Source: Nitrospirota bacterium
GTDB taxonomy: Bacteria; Nitrospirota; UBA9217
DNA: 64,000 nt
Reading direction: 5' to 3'
NCBI GenBank assembly: GCA_963790205.1
Contig: CAWBNQ010000010.1
Span: 32,001 to 96,000, forward strand
Shown here in pieces: positions 39,429-49,685 of the stretch. Positions within the stretch are counted from its first letter, which is position 1. Every line of letters starts with the position of its first letter. Under the pieces are notes generated by a model. The model had not been told where the DNA came from and searched no databases. It saw only the letters and a list, made by a program, of their open reading frames with translations. The position numbers were made by a program, and so were the translations under genes.

Positions 39429-41327
39429 TCATCCCTTCACCCCGACCAGATCATAGACCACGACCGGAAGCTGCTTGCCTTTTACCGTCACCGCACCCAG
39501 CTCTTTAACCTCTACGATATGCTCTACCTTCGCATACGTATATTCCGATATGATGATATGATTATTGTATTGTCTTGTCAAGCTTTCTAACCGCGCGCCG
39601 AGGTTCACATTGTCCCCGATCACGGTATAATCCATCTTCTTGCCCTCGGCGCCCATATTGCCCACCACCATGTCGCCGGTGTTGATCCCGATCCCGATAT
39701 CGATGGAGTATCTCCCCTCGGCAATCCACTTCGCCTGCAATTCCTTCAGCCGGGTAATCATGGCAAGGGCGCATCTGCACGCGCGTTCGGCATGATCAGG
39801 CTGGCCCACGGGGGCGCCCCAAAGCGCCATGATGGCGTCTCCCACGAACTTGTCCAGGGTCCCTTCATACTGAAATACGATCTCGGTCATGGCTCCCAGG
39901 TATTCATTCAGCAGGGAGACCACTTCTTCGGGCTGGTGTTTCTCGGAGAAGGAAGTAAAACCCCGGATGTCTGAGAAGAGGACCGTGATCTCCTTGCGAT
40001 CGCCGCCGAGCTTTGCCTTGCTGGGGTCCTTGATGAGCTCATCCACGATACGTTTGGATACGTAACTGGAGAACATTTTTCGGATATCCCGCGCGCGCCG
40101 CTCTTCGGTGAAAAAGCGGTACGCCGTCTGGCTGGTGTACCCGAAGAAGAGCGCCGAAGCGGGATACACAAGGTTGAACCAGATGCCCTTGGCCGCAAAC
40201 AGGTAGTATACCGCGCCCAGGTAGCCGATGAAAAGCGAGAGGAACAGCGCGGCGCCGGCCTTGGCCCCGAGCCGAGGGATCGTGACGCCAAGTGCGATCG
40301 CGAAGAAAAAGATGAGGAGCGTGACCGATGTCTCGGTGCGATGGATAAAATCGCCGCGCAGGATATTATCCACCACGCTCGCGTGCTTCTCGATTCCCGC
40401 CATGTTGGGCGAGAAGGGCGTAACGCGCAGGTCATAGATGCCGATGGCCGTTGCGCCGATGAGCACTATTTTATCTTTGAACGTCCCGGGCGTCGTGAGC
40501 CGGTCTAAAATGTCGGAGATCGAATACTGGGGGAACATCCCGTTCGGTCCGCGGTAGTTGATAAGCATGCGACCGTGTTCATCGGTGGGTATGGCCGTCG
40601 TGCCGAGACGGACCTCCCCCCGGTAGTCGAGGGCGAGATCTTCTTTCTTGAGCCCCCGGTACAGCCAGGCGGCCTGGAGCCCGATCGGCGCGTAAAAATC
40701 CCCCTGATAGCCGATCGCGAGCGCTTCCCACCGCAGGGTCCCGTCGGCGTCCGGGATCATGTTGATGTGCCCAAGGCTGTTGGCGACCGACGAGAAGCGC
40801 GGCAGCGTAGGCAGCACCATCTTGGCCTGGAGCGGATAGAACGGCTCGTCGGCATGCTTGATCACCGAATAGGCGGAAGGGACCAAAGATTCCAGCTTCT
40901 TGTCCGTGAAGCCCGATTCCTTGTATCCCGCCTCGGTAAAGTCGAATACCACCGGCAGGATCACGCGGCCGCTTCTCATAATGGCCCGCTGGAACAGATC
41001 GTCGGATTCCACGTTCTCGGGTTCTGTGAAAAACACGTCGAAGCAGATCACCTTCGCGCCGTCTTCCGTAAGGCGGTCCACCACCCTGCCCCAGACCGAA
41101 CGGGGCCAGGGGAAGCGCCCGAGCCTGTTGATGCTCTTCTCGTCAATGGCGGCTATCACGGTCTCGGGCCCCGGGGCAATGGGACCACGCGCCAGAAACC
41201 GCATGTCGAGCGTTTTCTGTTCCAGGATTTCGAAAAATCTGAAATTTCCCAAGTGCATGACCGCAAGGGCAAAGGCCACGATCAGCGCTATGGTGATGCC
41301 GGCCCTTTTCCCCGTTCCCCGTCTCAT
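39429..41327 (-). CDS. CHASE2-domain class III adenylate cyclase
   Basis: IDEKS...GRFPWPR CHASE2, 3 TM, FSDIRGFT, DKFVGDAIMA, DYTVIGDNVNLGARLE. Confidence 0.92.
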   Translation of the reverse strand: MRRGTGKRAGITIALIVAFALAVMHLGNFRFFEILEQKTLDMRFLARGPIAPGPETVIAAIDEKSINRLGRFPWPRSVWGRVVDRLTEDGAKVICFDVFFTEPENVESDDLFQRAIMRSGRVILPVVFDFTEAGYKESGFTDKKLESLVPSAYSVIKHADEPFYPLQAKMVLPTLPRFSSVANSLGHINMIPDADGTLRWEALAIGYQGDFYAPIGLQAAWLYRGLKKEDLALDYRGEVRLGTTAIPTDEHGRMLINYRGPNGMFPQYSISDILDRLTTPGTFKDKIVLIGATAIGIYDLRVTPFSPNMAGIEKHASVVDNILRGDFIHRTETSVTLLIFFFAIALGVTIPRLGAKAGAALFLSLFIGYLGAVYYLFAAKGIWFNLVYPASALFFGYTSQTAYRFFTEERRARDIRKMFSSYVSKRIVDELIKDPSKAKLGGDRKEITVLFSDIRGFTSFSEKHQPEEVVSLLNEYLGAMTEIVFQYEGTLDKFVGDAIMALWGAPVGQPDHAERACRCALAMITRLKELQAKWIAEGRYSIDIGIGINTGDMVVGNMGAEGKKMDYTVIGDNVNLGARLESLTRQYNNHIIISEYTYAKVEHIVEVKELGAVTVKGKQLPVVVYDLVGVKG

Positions 41328-41445
41328 GCGAGCTCCCCGTTTCCTCTCCCGGTGCAGTTATGAGCGATGAAGTTCAGCAGTTGAGAGGTCCGTAATCTCT
41401 TCCTCATTTCCGGACCTCTCCTGTTCCCGGCTTCTCCGCGTTTCC

Positions 41446-42090
41446 CTACGTCATCTCGCCGAAGATCTCCCTCATCTCGAGATACCGTAACAGCCTGTCG
41501 ATCTGTTCCTGGCTCGATATGTGCACCGTGTCGCCGGCAAGCTCCACGATCCGGACGCTGGCCAGCTTTTCGAGAATCATCCTGGTCTGGGCGGTCTCTA
41601 TGCCGGCAATGCCGGAGAGCTCGTCGACGGTGACTGAATATTCCCCGGACTTTTTCTGCTCACGCACCTGTTTGGCGAGGATGCTTACCAGCCGGCTCGT
41701 ATTGTCCTTGATCATGAGGGCTTCCATCTGGTCGTTCGTCTCCCGCAAACGGTCGGCCAGTCGTTTAATGAACCGCACGGCGATCTCTACGTTGCCGCGG
41801 ATGAGCGCGTCGAAGGTCTTCCGGTCGATGACGAGCATCTCGCACTCCTCGATCGTTTCGGCAGATGCGGAACGGGGCTTGTCGTTCAGGATCGCCATCT
41901 CGCCGAAAAACTCGCCCTTTTCGAGCGTGGCGAGGGTCTTCTCTACGCCGCGGATGCGTTTGCTGATCTTCACTCTGCCGGACTGGATGATGTACATCTC
42001 CTCGCCCTTATCACCCTCCTGAAAAAGCACCGTGCCTGCGGGAATTTTCCTGCCGAACCGTGAAAAAAGCTGTCCCTGCATATCTGCCAT
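41446..42090 (-). CDS. cyclic-nucleotide-binding Crp/Fnr-family protein
   Basis: LFQEGD, GEFFGEMAIL..KPRSASA; C-terminal winged-helix-like region. Confidence 0.85.
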   Translation of the reverse strand: MADMQGQLFSRFGRKIPAGTVLFQEGDKGEEMYIIQSGRVKISKRIRGVEKTLATLEKGEFFGEMAILNDKPRSASAETIEECEMLVIDRKTFDALIRGNVEIAVRFIKRLADRLRETNDQMEALMIKDNTSRLVSILAKQVREQKKSGEYSVTVDELSGIAGIETAQTRMILEKLASVRIVELAGDTVHISSQEQIDRLLRYLEMREIFGEMT

Positions 42091-42247
42091 ATGCTCCCCC
42101 TCGTGATCGAAGTAGAATGCGGACCGGCAATATCACGCTGTCCGGGACTTCCCTGAACAGTTCAAAATCACCGCCCCTGGACAAAGGCGACATCGCCCGC
42201 TTCACCTGCCCGCTTGCATGAATCCACGAGCAGGGCATCGTATTGAC

Positions 42248-43069
42248 TCACCCTGTTTGTTCGCCATCACCCGCAAGGACACCCTGTTTCAATGCCTTGA
42301 CAAAGGCCGCAGCCTTTGAGATAAGCTCGGGAGAACCGGTATTTTCTTCGATCACTTTCACCAGCGCGCTTCCGACGATAACGCCGTCAGCGCCCCATTG
42401 CGCAACCTGCGCCGCCTGGTCCGGCGAGGAAATGCCGAACCCCACGGCAACGGGCTTGTCCGTCACTTGTTTGATCTTTTGGAGCGAACCGGCGACCGAG
42501 CTCTGGACACCGGCCCTCGCGCCCGTCACCCCGGTCAGCGAAACATAATACACAAACCCCTGGGATAGTTTGCAAATCAGCTTGATCCGCTCATCGGTGC
42601 TCGTGGGGGCAAGCAAAAAGATCGTGTCCAGGCCCGCCTTCTTTGCCAGGGGGACCAGGGTCCCCGCCTCTTCGGGCGGAAGGTCCGGCAGGATAACGCC
42701 GTCCAGGCCCGCGGCCGCGGCGTCGTTCACGAATCGTTCCTCGCCATAGTGGAAGATCAGGTTGTAGTAGGTCATAAGGATGAGGGGAATCTTGCTCTCT
42801 TTGCGGACATCGGCGACAAGCCCCAGCACATCGGCGATGCTCGTATGGTTCCTCAGCGACCGGATGGCCGCCTTCTGGATCGTGGGCCCGTCCGCCAGGG
42901 GGTCGGAAAAGGGCGCGCCGAGCTCGATCATATCACAGCCCGCTTTTTCCATCTCAAGGATGAGCGTCTTCGTCGTCGCGAGGTCCGGGTCCCCGGCCAT
43001 CACGTAGGGAATGAGCGCCGTCTCGTTCTTTTTCTTCAGCCGGTTGAAGGCATTTTTTATCCGTGACAT
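42248..43069 (-). CDS. trpA: tryptophan synthase alpha chain
   Basis: IELGAPFSDPLADGPTIQ, YYVSLTGVTG, VGFGIS, GVIVGSA. Confidence 0.97.
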   Translation of the reverse strand: MSRIKNAFNRLKKKNETALIPYVMAGDPDLATTKTLILEMEKAGCDMIELGAPFSDPLADGPTIQKAAIRSLRNHTSIADVLGLVADVRKESKIPLILMTYYNLIFHYGEERFVNDAAAAGLDGVILPDLPPEEAGTLVPLAKKAGLDTIFLLAPTSTDERIKLICKLSQGFVYYVSLTGVTGARAGVQSSVAGSLQKIKQVTDKPVAVGFGISSPDQAAQVAQWGADGVIVGSALVKVIEENTGSPELISKAAAFVKALKQGVLAGDGEQTG

Positions 43070-43183
43070 TTTGATCCTATCTGCATTTCGTCATTCCCGC
43101 GAAAGCGGGAATCCAGCGGCTCTTCATAAAACAGCGGATTCCGGGTTATCATTTCTACTTCCGCATTCCGCGATCCGCACTCG

Positions 43184-44374
43184 CTACAGCTCCACGCCCT
43201 TGATCTTCGCCACCTGCATCACGTCCTTGTCCCCGCGGCCGGATAGGTTCACGATGATCACCTTGTCCTTGCCGAGCGCGGGCGCGAGTTTGAGGCAATA
43301 GGCCACGGCATGGGCGCTCTCCAACGCCGGGATGATGCCCTCAAGGCGCGAGAGGAGATCAAAAGCCTCCATGGCTTCTTCATCAATGGCGTAGGTATAT
43401 TCGATGCGGCCGGAATCGCGCAGGAAGGCATGCTCCGGACCTACTGCCGCGTAGTCGAGGCCCGCGGATACCGAGTGCGTAAGTTCGATCTGGCCCTCTT
43501 CGTCCTGGAGCACGAAGGTCTTGGTTCCCTGCAATACGCCGAGGGACCCGCCGGCAAAGCGGGCCGCGTGCTTGCCGCGCTCGATGCCGAGACCGCCCGC
43601 CTCGACGCCGTACATCTTTATGGCTGCATCATCGAGAAACTCATAGAAGAGGCCGATGGCGTTCGAGCCTCCTCCCACGCACGCCACCAGGGCGTCCGGC
43701 AGCCTGTTTTCGAGTTTCATGATCTGCTGCTTGGCCTCCCGGCCGATAACGGACTGGAAATCCCGCACCATCATGGGGAACGGATGGGGTCCGAAGGCCG
43801 TGCCCAATACGTAATGCGTATTCGCAACGTTCGCGATCCAGTCTCGCATGGCCTCATTGATGGCGTCTTTCAAGGTCTTGCTGCCGAGATCGACGGGCCG
43901 GACGATCGTGCCGAGGAGCTTCATCCGGAACACGTTCAATGACTGGCGCGCCACATCGTCAGTGCCCATGTAGACCTCGCAGTCGAGCCCGAACATGGCG
44001 GCGGCCGTTGCCGTTGCAACGCCGTGCTGGCCCGCGCCGGTCTCGGCGATCACACGGGTCTTGCCCATCCGCTTTGCAAGCAGCACCTGGGCAAGGGAGT
44101 TGTTGATCTTGTGAGCGCCCGTATGGCAGAGGTCTTCACGCTTGAGATAGATCTTCGCGCCGCCAAGATGGTCGGTGAGCCGCCTGGCGAAATAGAGGGG
44201 GGTGGGACGGCCGATGAATTCCCGGGAGTAGTATTCGAGCTCTGCCTGGAACTCCTTATCTTTCCTTGCCGCACGGTAGGAGGCTTCGAGTTCGGCGAGC
44301 GCGGGCATCAGCGTCTCGGGAGCGAACTTTCCGCCGTAGATGCCGAAATGCCCCTTTTTATCCGGCATGCTCAT
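43184..44374 (-). CDS. trpB: tryptophan synthase beta chain
   Basis: [48 protein letters not shown]. Confidence 0.97.
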   Translation of the reverse strand: MSMPDKKGHFGIYGGKFAPETLMPALAELEASYRAARKDKEFQAELEYYSREFIGRPTPLYFARRLTDHLGGAKIYLKREDLCHTGAHKINNSLAQVLLAKRMGKTRVIAETGAGQHGVATATAAAMFGLDCEVYMGTDDVARQSLNVFRMKLLGTIVRPVDLGSKTLKDAINEAMRDWIANVANTHYVLGTAFGPHPFPMMVRDFQSVIGREAKQQIMKLENRLPDALVACVGGGSNAIGLFYEFLDDAAIKMYGVEAGGLGIERGKHAARFAGGSLGVLQGTKTFVLQDEEGQIELTHSVSAGLDYAAVGPEHAFLRDSGRIEYTYAIDEEAMEAFDLLSRLEGIIPALESAHAVAYCLKLAPALGKDKVIIVNLSGRGDKDVMQVAKIKGVEL

Positions 44375-44991
44375 GGCCGCGACGCCCTCCGGACCTCGGT
44401 AATGAATTTCTTGATCTTTGCATGGTCCTTGATGCCCTTTTCCCTCTCAACGCCGCCGGCCACGTCCACGCCGTAGGGTTGGACGAGCTTTACGGCCTCG
44501 ACCACGTTTTCGGACGTAAGCCCGCCGGCCAGGATTATTCTCCCGAAGGTCTTGGCAACCACGGCCAAATGCCAGTCGAAGGTCGTGCCGGTGCCGCCCC
44601 GCACGCCGTCACGGTAGCTGTCGAGAAGCAGCGCGCTTACATGGTAATGCACCATGTGCTTGAGGCTCTCCTTGTCCTTCACCTGAAAGGCCTTGATCAC
44701 CCGGGTAGCGAAACGCTCGCAGAATTCCGGGCTCTCGTCTCCATGGAATTGAAGGACCTTGATGCCGGTGGTGAACATGATGTCCCGAATCTTTTCCTCA
44801 CGCTCGTTCACGAAGATGCCGACGGGCATGACAAAGGGAGGGAGCCGCTCGATGATCTCGGCCGCTTTGTCGGGCTCGATACAGCGGGGACTTTTCTTGT
44901 AGAAATTGAACCCCAGCGCATCCGCACCGAAATCGGCCGAGGCCAAAGCGTCGTCAAGATTGGTGATGCCGCAGATTTTGATTTTTATCAT
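44371..44991 (-). CDS. trpF: phosphoribosylanthranilate isomerase
   Basis: [36 protein letters not shown]. Confidence 0.95.
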   Translation of the reverse strand: MIKIKICGITNLDDALASADFGADALGFNFYKKSPRCIEPDKAAEIIERLPPFVMPVGIFVNEREEKIRDIMFTTGIKVLQFHGDESPEFCERFATRVIKAFQVKDKESLKHMVHYHVSALLLDSYRDGVRGGTGTTFDWHLAVVAKTFGRIILAGGLTSENVVEAVKLVQPYGVDVAGGVEREKGIKDHAKIKKFITEVRRASRP

Positions 44992-45100
44992 AAGAAAAAC
45001 TTTTGACGCTGATGTGCACGAATGACTCTCTGATTTACGGTGATACGGCAACGCCGAACCCGTGTTAAGGATAATGGTTCAGTGCCCATCAGTGTCTCTC

Positions 45101-45880
45101 TCATTCCTTTCCTAAGAGTTCTTTTATTTTCTGTTCGATGTTCTTTTCCCGCATCAGGCTCTCGCCGACGAGGATGGCGTCCACGCCCGCCTGCCGGAGC
45201 ATGAGCACGTCGTCCCGGGTCCCGATTCCGCTCTCGCTCACGACGATGCGGTCCTCGGGGACGTCCTTCAAGAGATCGAGCGTTGTCTGCAGACTCACCG
45301 CGAATGACGACAGGTCCCGGTTATTGATGCCCACAAGCAGTGCTCCCGCCAGAAGCGATTTGTCCAGCTCCTTGTACGTATGCGATTCGACCAGCACGTC
45401 GAGACCGAGCTCCTTGGCTACACCGAGAAAGTCCTCTATCCGCCGCCGCTCAAGACAGGCCGCGATCAAAAGCATCGCATCGGCGCCGGCCGCGCGCGCC
45501 TCGAACAGCTGGTACTCGTCGATAATGAAATCCTTGCGCAGAAGCGGGACCCCGACGGCCTTCCTGATCTCGCCGAGGTGCTCAAGTTTCCCCTGAAAGT
45601 ACTTTCTCTCCGTGAGGACCGACAGGCATGACGCACCCGCCCTTCCGTAGGTCTTTGCTATCTCCACGGGATCGAAGTCTTCGCGGATCACGCCCTTTGA
45701 CGGCGACGCTTTTTTCACCTCGGCGATGAGCCCGATCTCTTCGCGTCCGGAAAGGGCTTTTCCGAAACCCCGCGTCGGTCCCGCCTCAGCTGCCCGGCTT
45801 TTTATATCGGCAAGCGGGACCCGACGTTTCGTCTCCGCAAGCTCTTCTTTTTTATACGCGATGATCTCATCTAAAATCAT
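45101..45880 (-). CDS. trpC: indole-3-glycerol phosphate synthase
   Basis: IAEVKKASPSKG, LLRKDFIID, GINNRDL, SESGI, LVGESLM; start MILDEII. Confidence 0.95.
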   Translation of the reverse strand: MILDEIIAYKKEELAETKRRVPLADIKSRAAEAGPTRGFGKALSGREEIGLIAEVKKASPSKGVIREDFDPVEIAKTYGRAGASCLSVLTERKYFQGKLEHLGEIRKAVGVPLLRKDFIIDEYQLFEARAAGADAMLLIAACLERRRIEDFLGVAKELGLDVLVESHTYKELDKSLLAGALLVGINNRDLSSFAVSLQTTLDLLKDVPEDRIVVSESGIGTRDDVLMLRQAGVDAILVGESLMREKNIEQKIKELLGKE

Positions 45881-46093
45881 TATTCTAAAACACTCGCCGC
45901 AAATACACGTTTTAAAATCTTCTCTTGGCGCCTTTGCCTGCACCCGGCGCTTTCGAGCCTGTGGCCGGTGCTTATGAGCCTGCACCCAGCGTTTATGAGT
46001 GGAACCGCGAATACAGGCCATGCGCATGCGCGGCCTGCTCTTGCGAAGACGCGGCCATAAACAAGAGCAGGGTGTGCCTTCGTGGTAAATCCT

Positions 46094-47107
46094 TTACGGT
46101 TTATTCGTAAACGCTTTCAGCTGTTCCAGTTTTTCCAATGCCGCGCCGGAATCGATGGATTCAGTTGCCAGCCTGATGCCTTCCTGAAAATCCGAAACCC
46201 GCCCCGCGGCAACCAGTGCTGCGGCAGTGTTCATCAGAACGATGTCGCGGCGCGGGCCTTTCTCTCCCTTGAGGATCCCGGTCGTGATCGCCGCGTTGTC
46301 CTTCGCGTCGCCGCCCCGGAGGTCTTCGACTTTGCCTGCCGCAAATCCGAAATCAGCGGGGTGGATGAAATAGTCTTTCACCTTGCCGTCCCTGAATTCC
46401 GAGACCTTGGTCTTGCCTGTGATCGTGATCTCGTCGAGCCCGTCCATGCCGTGGACCACGAAGGCGTGCGCGGCACCGAGGTTCCCCAGTGCCCGTGCCA
46501 AAAGGCCGGTCAGGTCCGCGGAATAGACGCCCATGATCTGGGACGTCACTTTTGCGGGATTGGTAAGGGGCCCCAGCACGTTGAAGATGGTGCGGATGCC
46601 GATCTCCCGCCGCGGACCGATCGCGTACTTCATTGCCAGGTGCATCATCGGCGCGAAAAGGAAGCCGATGCCTACTTCGTTGATGCACGCTTCCGCGCGA
46701 AGGGAAGGAATTTCAATGTTCACGCCGAGCGCCTGGAGCACGTCGGCGCTCCCGCTCTTACTCGACACCGAACGGTTGCCGTGCTTGGCCACGGTAACGC
46801 CCGAGGCAGCCACGACAAAGGCCGCGGTCGTCGAAATGTTGAACGTATGGGCCATATCGCCGCCGGTGCCGCAGGTGTCAACCTGGTAGCGGGCATCGAG
46901 TTTGATCGGCACCGCCTTCTCGCGCATGACCCTGGCCGAACCCGTGATCTCCTCCACGGTCTCGCCCTTCATCCGGAGCGCCGTGATGTACGATGCGATC
47001 TGGGCGTCTGTGGCCTCGCCCTGCATGATCTCGCGCATTACCGCTTCGGCTTCGGCTTCGCTGAGGTTCGTTTTGGCTATGACTTTTGCGATGGCTTCTT
47101 TGATCAT
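46094..47107 (-). CDS. trpD: anthranilate phosphoribosyltransferase
   Basis: [47 protein letters not shown]. Confidence 0.96.
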   Translation of the reverse strand: MIKEAIAKVIAKTNLSEAEAEAVMREIMQGEATDAQIASYITALRMKGETVEEITGSARVMREKAVPIKLDARYQVDTCGTGGDMAHTFNISTTAAFVVAASGVTVAKHGNRSVSSKSGSADVLQALGVNIEIPSLRAEACINEVGIGFLFAPMMHLAMKYAIGPRREIGIRTIFNVLGPLTNPAKVTSQIMGVYSADLTGLLARALGNLGAAHAFVVHGMDGLDEITITGKTKVSEFRDGKVKDYFIHPADFGFAAGKVEDLRGGDAKDNAAITTGILKGEKGPRRDIVLMNTAAALVAAGRVSDFQEGIRLATESIDSGAALEKLEQLKAFTNKP

Positions 47108-47292
47108 AGGATCCCCATAAAACTCTGCCGCAGAGACACGGAGACACAGAAAAATAAAAACGAAATAAATTTATTGAATTTACTGCTCAGACCACAGTCG
47201 CCAATTATAAACTTTCGCGACTTCGCGGTTCAAATCCTGCTCTTCGATTCCCTCTGTGTCCTCTGTGCCTGTGGCTAATACGAATTTTGCTC

Positions 47293-47856
47293 TTACAGCT
47301 TCAAGAAGTTCCTGAGCAGGTCCTTGCCCACCGTGGTCAGGATCGATTCGGGATGGAACTGCACGCCCTCGACCTTGTACTGCTTGTGCCGCACGCCCAT
47401 GATCACGCCGTCGTCGGTCCAGGCCGTCACCTCGAGTACCGGCGGCAGCGTCTCACGCTTGATGATGAGCGAATGGTAGCGCGTGGCCTCGAAGGGGTTC
47501 GGGAGGCCGCTGAAGAGGGTCTTGTTATCGTGATGGATCATCGAGGTCTTGCCGTGCATCAAATAGGGAGCCCGGATCACGTCCCCGCCGAAGGCCTCGC
47601 CGATGGACTGGTGGCCGAGGCAGACGCCGAGGACCGGAATCTTTCCGGCAAAATGCCTGATCACGTCTATCGAGATCCCCGCCTCCTTGGGCGTGCACGG
47701 CCCCGGCGAGATCACGATCCGCTCGGGCCTCATCTTTTCGATCTCCGCGATGGTGATCTTGTTGTTCCGGTACACCTGCAGGCTCTGCCCCAGTTCGCCC
47801 AGATACTGGACCAGGTTGTAGGTGAAGGAATCGTAATTGTCGATCATCAATAACAT
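47293..47856 (-). CDS. trpG: anthranilate synthase component II (glutamine amidotransferase)
   Basis: [32 protein letters not shown]; operon context. Confidence 0.93.
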   Translation of the reverse strand: MLLMIDNYDSFTYNLVQYLGELGQSLQVYRNNKITIAEIEKMRPERIVISPGPCTPKEAGISIDVIRHFAGKIPVLGVCLGHQSIGEAFGGDVIRAPYLMHGKTSMIHHDNKTLFSGLPNPFEATRYHSLIIKRETLPPVLEVTAWTDDGVIMGVRHKQYKVEGVQFHPESILTTVGKDLLRNFLKL

Positions 47857-48019
47857 AGAAACAAACCTCTATCTCTCGCAGAGGCGCAGAGAGCGCAGAG
47901 TTAAAAAAATCACTTTACAAGGCTTTACTTTTCTCCGCGTCCTCAGCGTGCTCCGCGAGAAAAATGCTTTTGCTTTTTTGACTACTCCGAACTCTGCGCT
48001 CCACTCTCCGAGCTGTTTT

Positions 48020-49504
48020 CTAATCCAATCCCTTCTCCGCCATCTCCACCGCCCGCATCATGGCCTTGGCCTTGTTCACCGTTTCCTGGTACTCGGCAGC
48101 CGGGTCGCTGTCCGCCACGACGCCGCCGCCGGCCTGGATGTATGCCACGTTGTCCTTGATCACGAGCGTGCGGATGGTGATGCAGGTGTCCATGTTGCCC
48201 GAGAAGCCGAAGTACCCGACCGCGCCGGCATAGGGCCCGCGCCGCGTGGGCTCGAGCTCGTCGATGATCTGCATGGCCCTGATCTTCGGCGCGCCCGAGA
48301 CCGTGCCCGCCGGAAAGCAGGCCCGGATCACGTCGTAGGAGTCCTTGCCGGCGGAGAGTTTGCCCCGCACGTTCGATACGATATGCATCACGTGGGAGTA
48401 GCGTTCGATCACCATGAGCTCGGAAACCTGAACGCTCCCCGGCTCGCTCACCCTGCCCACGTCGTTCCTGCCGAGGTCCACGAGCATGATATGCTCGGCC
48501 CGCTCCTTGGGATCGGCCAGAAGCTCGTCGGCAAGCGCCTTGTCCTCTTCCTCGGTCGCCCCGCGCCTGCGCGTGCCGGCGATCGGCCTGAGATCGATCC
48601 TGCCGTCCTCGAGCCTGACCATCACCTCCGGCGACGCCCCCACCACGGTCGCGTCACCGCACCGGAGAAAATACATATAGGGAGACGGGTTGATCAACCG
48701 GAGCGCCCGGTAAATTTCATAGGGCTCGACCTTGATCCCCGTCTGAAACCGCTGCGACGGCACCACCTGGAAAATATCGCCCGCCTTGATATACTCTTTG
48801 GCCTTGAGCACCGCCTGCTCGTACTGAGGCCGGGTAAAGTTCGAGGTGAGCGGCTGTTCCTTCGTCTTTTTTCGCCTCCCGCCTCCCGCCTCACGCTTCC
48901 CGGCCCCCTTCAGCTTCCTGACCAGCGCGTCGATCTTCTTCGTCGCTTCCTTATAGGAAGCCTCAACCGTCCTGCCTTTCACATGCGCGTTCGATACAAC
49001 CTTGATCCGGTGCGTGACATTGTCGAAGATCACGAGCGTGTCGGTGATCATGAAAAAGATATCGGGAAGATCGAGGCCGTTCTTTTCCCGCTCCGGCAAC
49101 TCTTCAAAAAAACGGATAACATCATAGCCCATGAATCCCACAGCCCCGCCGAAAAAGCGCGGCAGCGAAGGATCGGGAACGGGGGCGTAGGAGGACAGAA
49201 GGTCTTTTATCACTTCGAGCGGATCGCGGTCAAAGGGCAATCGTTCCTTCCTGCCGTTCCTGATGATTTCCGCGGTGCGGCCGAAGCTCTTGACGATCAC
49301 CGACGGACGGCTGCCGAGGAAGGAATAGCGCGCCCACTTCTCGCCTCCCTCCATGCTTTCGAGGAGAAAGGAATGTCGTCCGTCGTCGATTTTAAGGAAT
49401 GCCGAAACCGGGGTCTCCATGTCCGCGAGGATCTCGCGATACACCGGGATAAGATTGCCTTTTTTCGCCTTTTGCCTGAATTCCTCGAGTGAAGGCTGAA
49501 ACAT
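48020..49504 (-). CDS. trpE: anthranilate synthase component I
   Basis: FLLES, NPSPYM, PIAGTRRRG, EHIMLVDLGRND, FPAGTVSGAPK, QAGGGVVADS. Confidence 0.96.
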   Translation of the reverse strand: MFQPSLEEFRQKAKKGNLIPVYREILADMETPVSAFLKIDDGRHSFLLESMEGGEKWARYSFLGSRPSVIVKSFGRTAEIIRNGRKERLPFDRDPLEVIKDLLSSYAPVPDPSLPRFFGGAVGFMGYDVIRFFEELPEREKNGLDLPDIFFMITDTLVIFDNVTHRIKVVSNAHVKGRTVEASYKEATKKIDALVRKLKGAGKREAGGGRRKKTKEQPLTSNFTRPQYEQAVLKAKEYIKAGDIFQVVPSQRFQTGIKVEPYEIYRALRLINPSPYMYFLRCGDATVVGASPEVMVRLEDGRIDLRPIAGTRRRGATEEEDKALADELLADPKERAEHIMLVDLGRNDVGRVSEPGSVQVSELMVIERYSHVMHIVSNVRGKLSAGKDSYDVIRACFPAGTVSGAPKIRAMQIIDELEPTRRGPYAGAVGYFGFSGNMDTCITIRTLVIKDNVAYIQAGGGVVADSDPAAEYQETVNKAKAMMRAVEMAEKGLD

Positions 49505-49532
49505 AAAACTCCTTAAAAATACACGGTTTTTG

Positions 49533-49563
49533 TACTATACCAAATAGGCTGAATCACTGTCAA
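49533..49563 (-). promoter_or_regulatory. sigma70 promoter of the trp operon
   Basis: TTGACA-18 bp-TATAGT with extended TG, ~30 bp before the trpE ATG. Confidence 0.65.
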
Positions 49564-49565
49564 TC

Positions 49566-49594
49566 AAAAAACCTGCCGCATGTATGCGGCAGGT
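49566..49594 (-). terminator. intrinsic terminator after the 49686 gene
   Basis: ACCTGCCGCA-TACA-TGCGGCAGGT-TTTTT. Confidence 0.75.
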
Positions 49595-49685
49595 GCCGGA
49601 GTTTTAAGCGGTGAATATGCCGCTTCCGAGATGGGAGCAGAAGGAAGGGTGCCGTACAAGCCGGGAAAATACCATGAAGGAAGGG

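Noticed and set aside
134..49492. Long antisense ORFs (134-1696, 9852-11144, 34932-37262, 37387-38523, 46082-47278, 47837-49492)
   Set aside because: Shadows of GC-rich genes on the opposite strand, with no motifs of their own
49505..49600. trp attenuator or leader peptide
   Set aside because: The promoter is ~30 bp from the trpE ATG, no Trp-rich leader is present, and the hairpin lies upstream of the -35 and fits the previous gene's terminator
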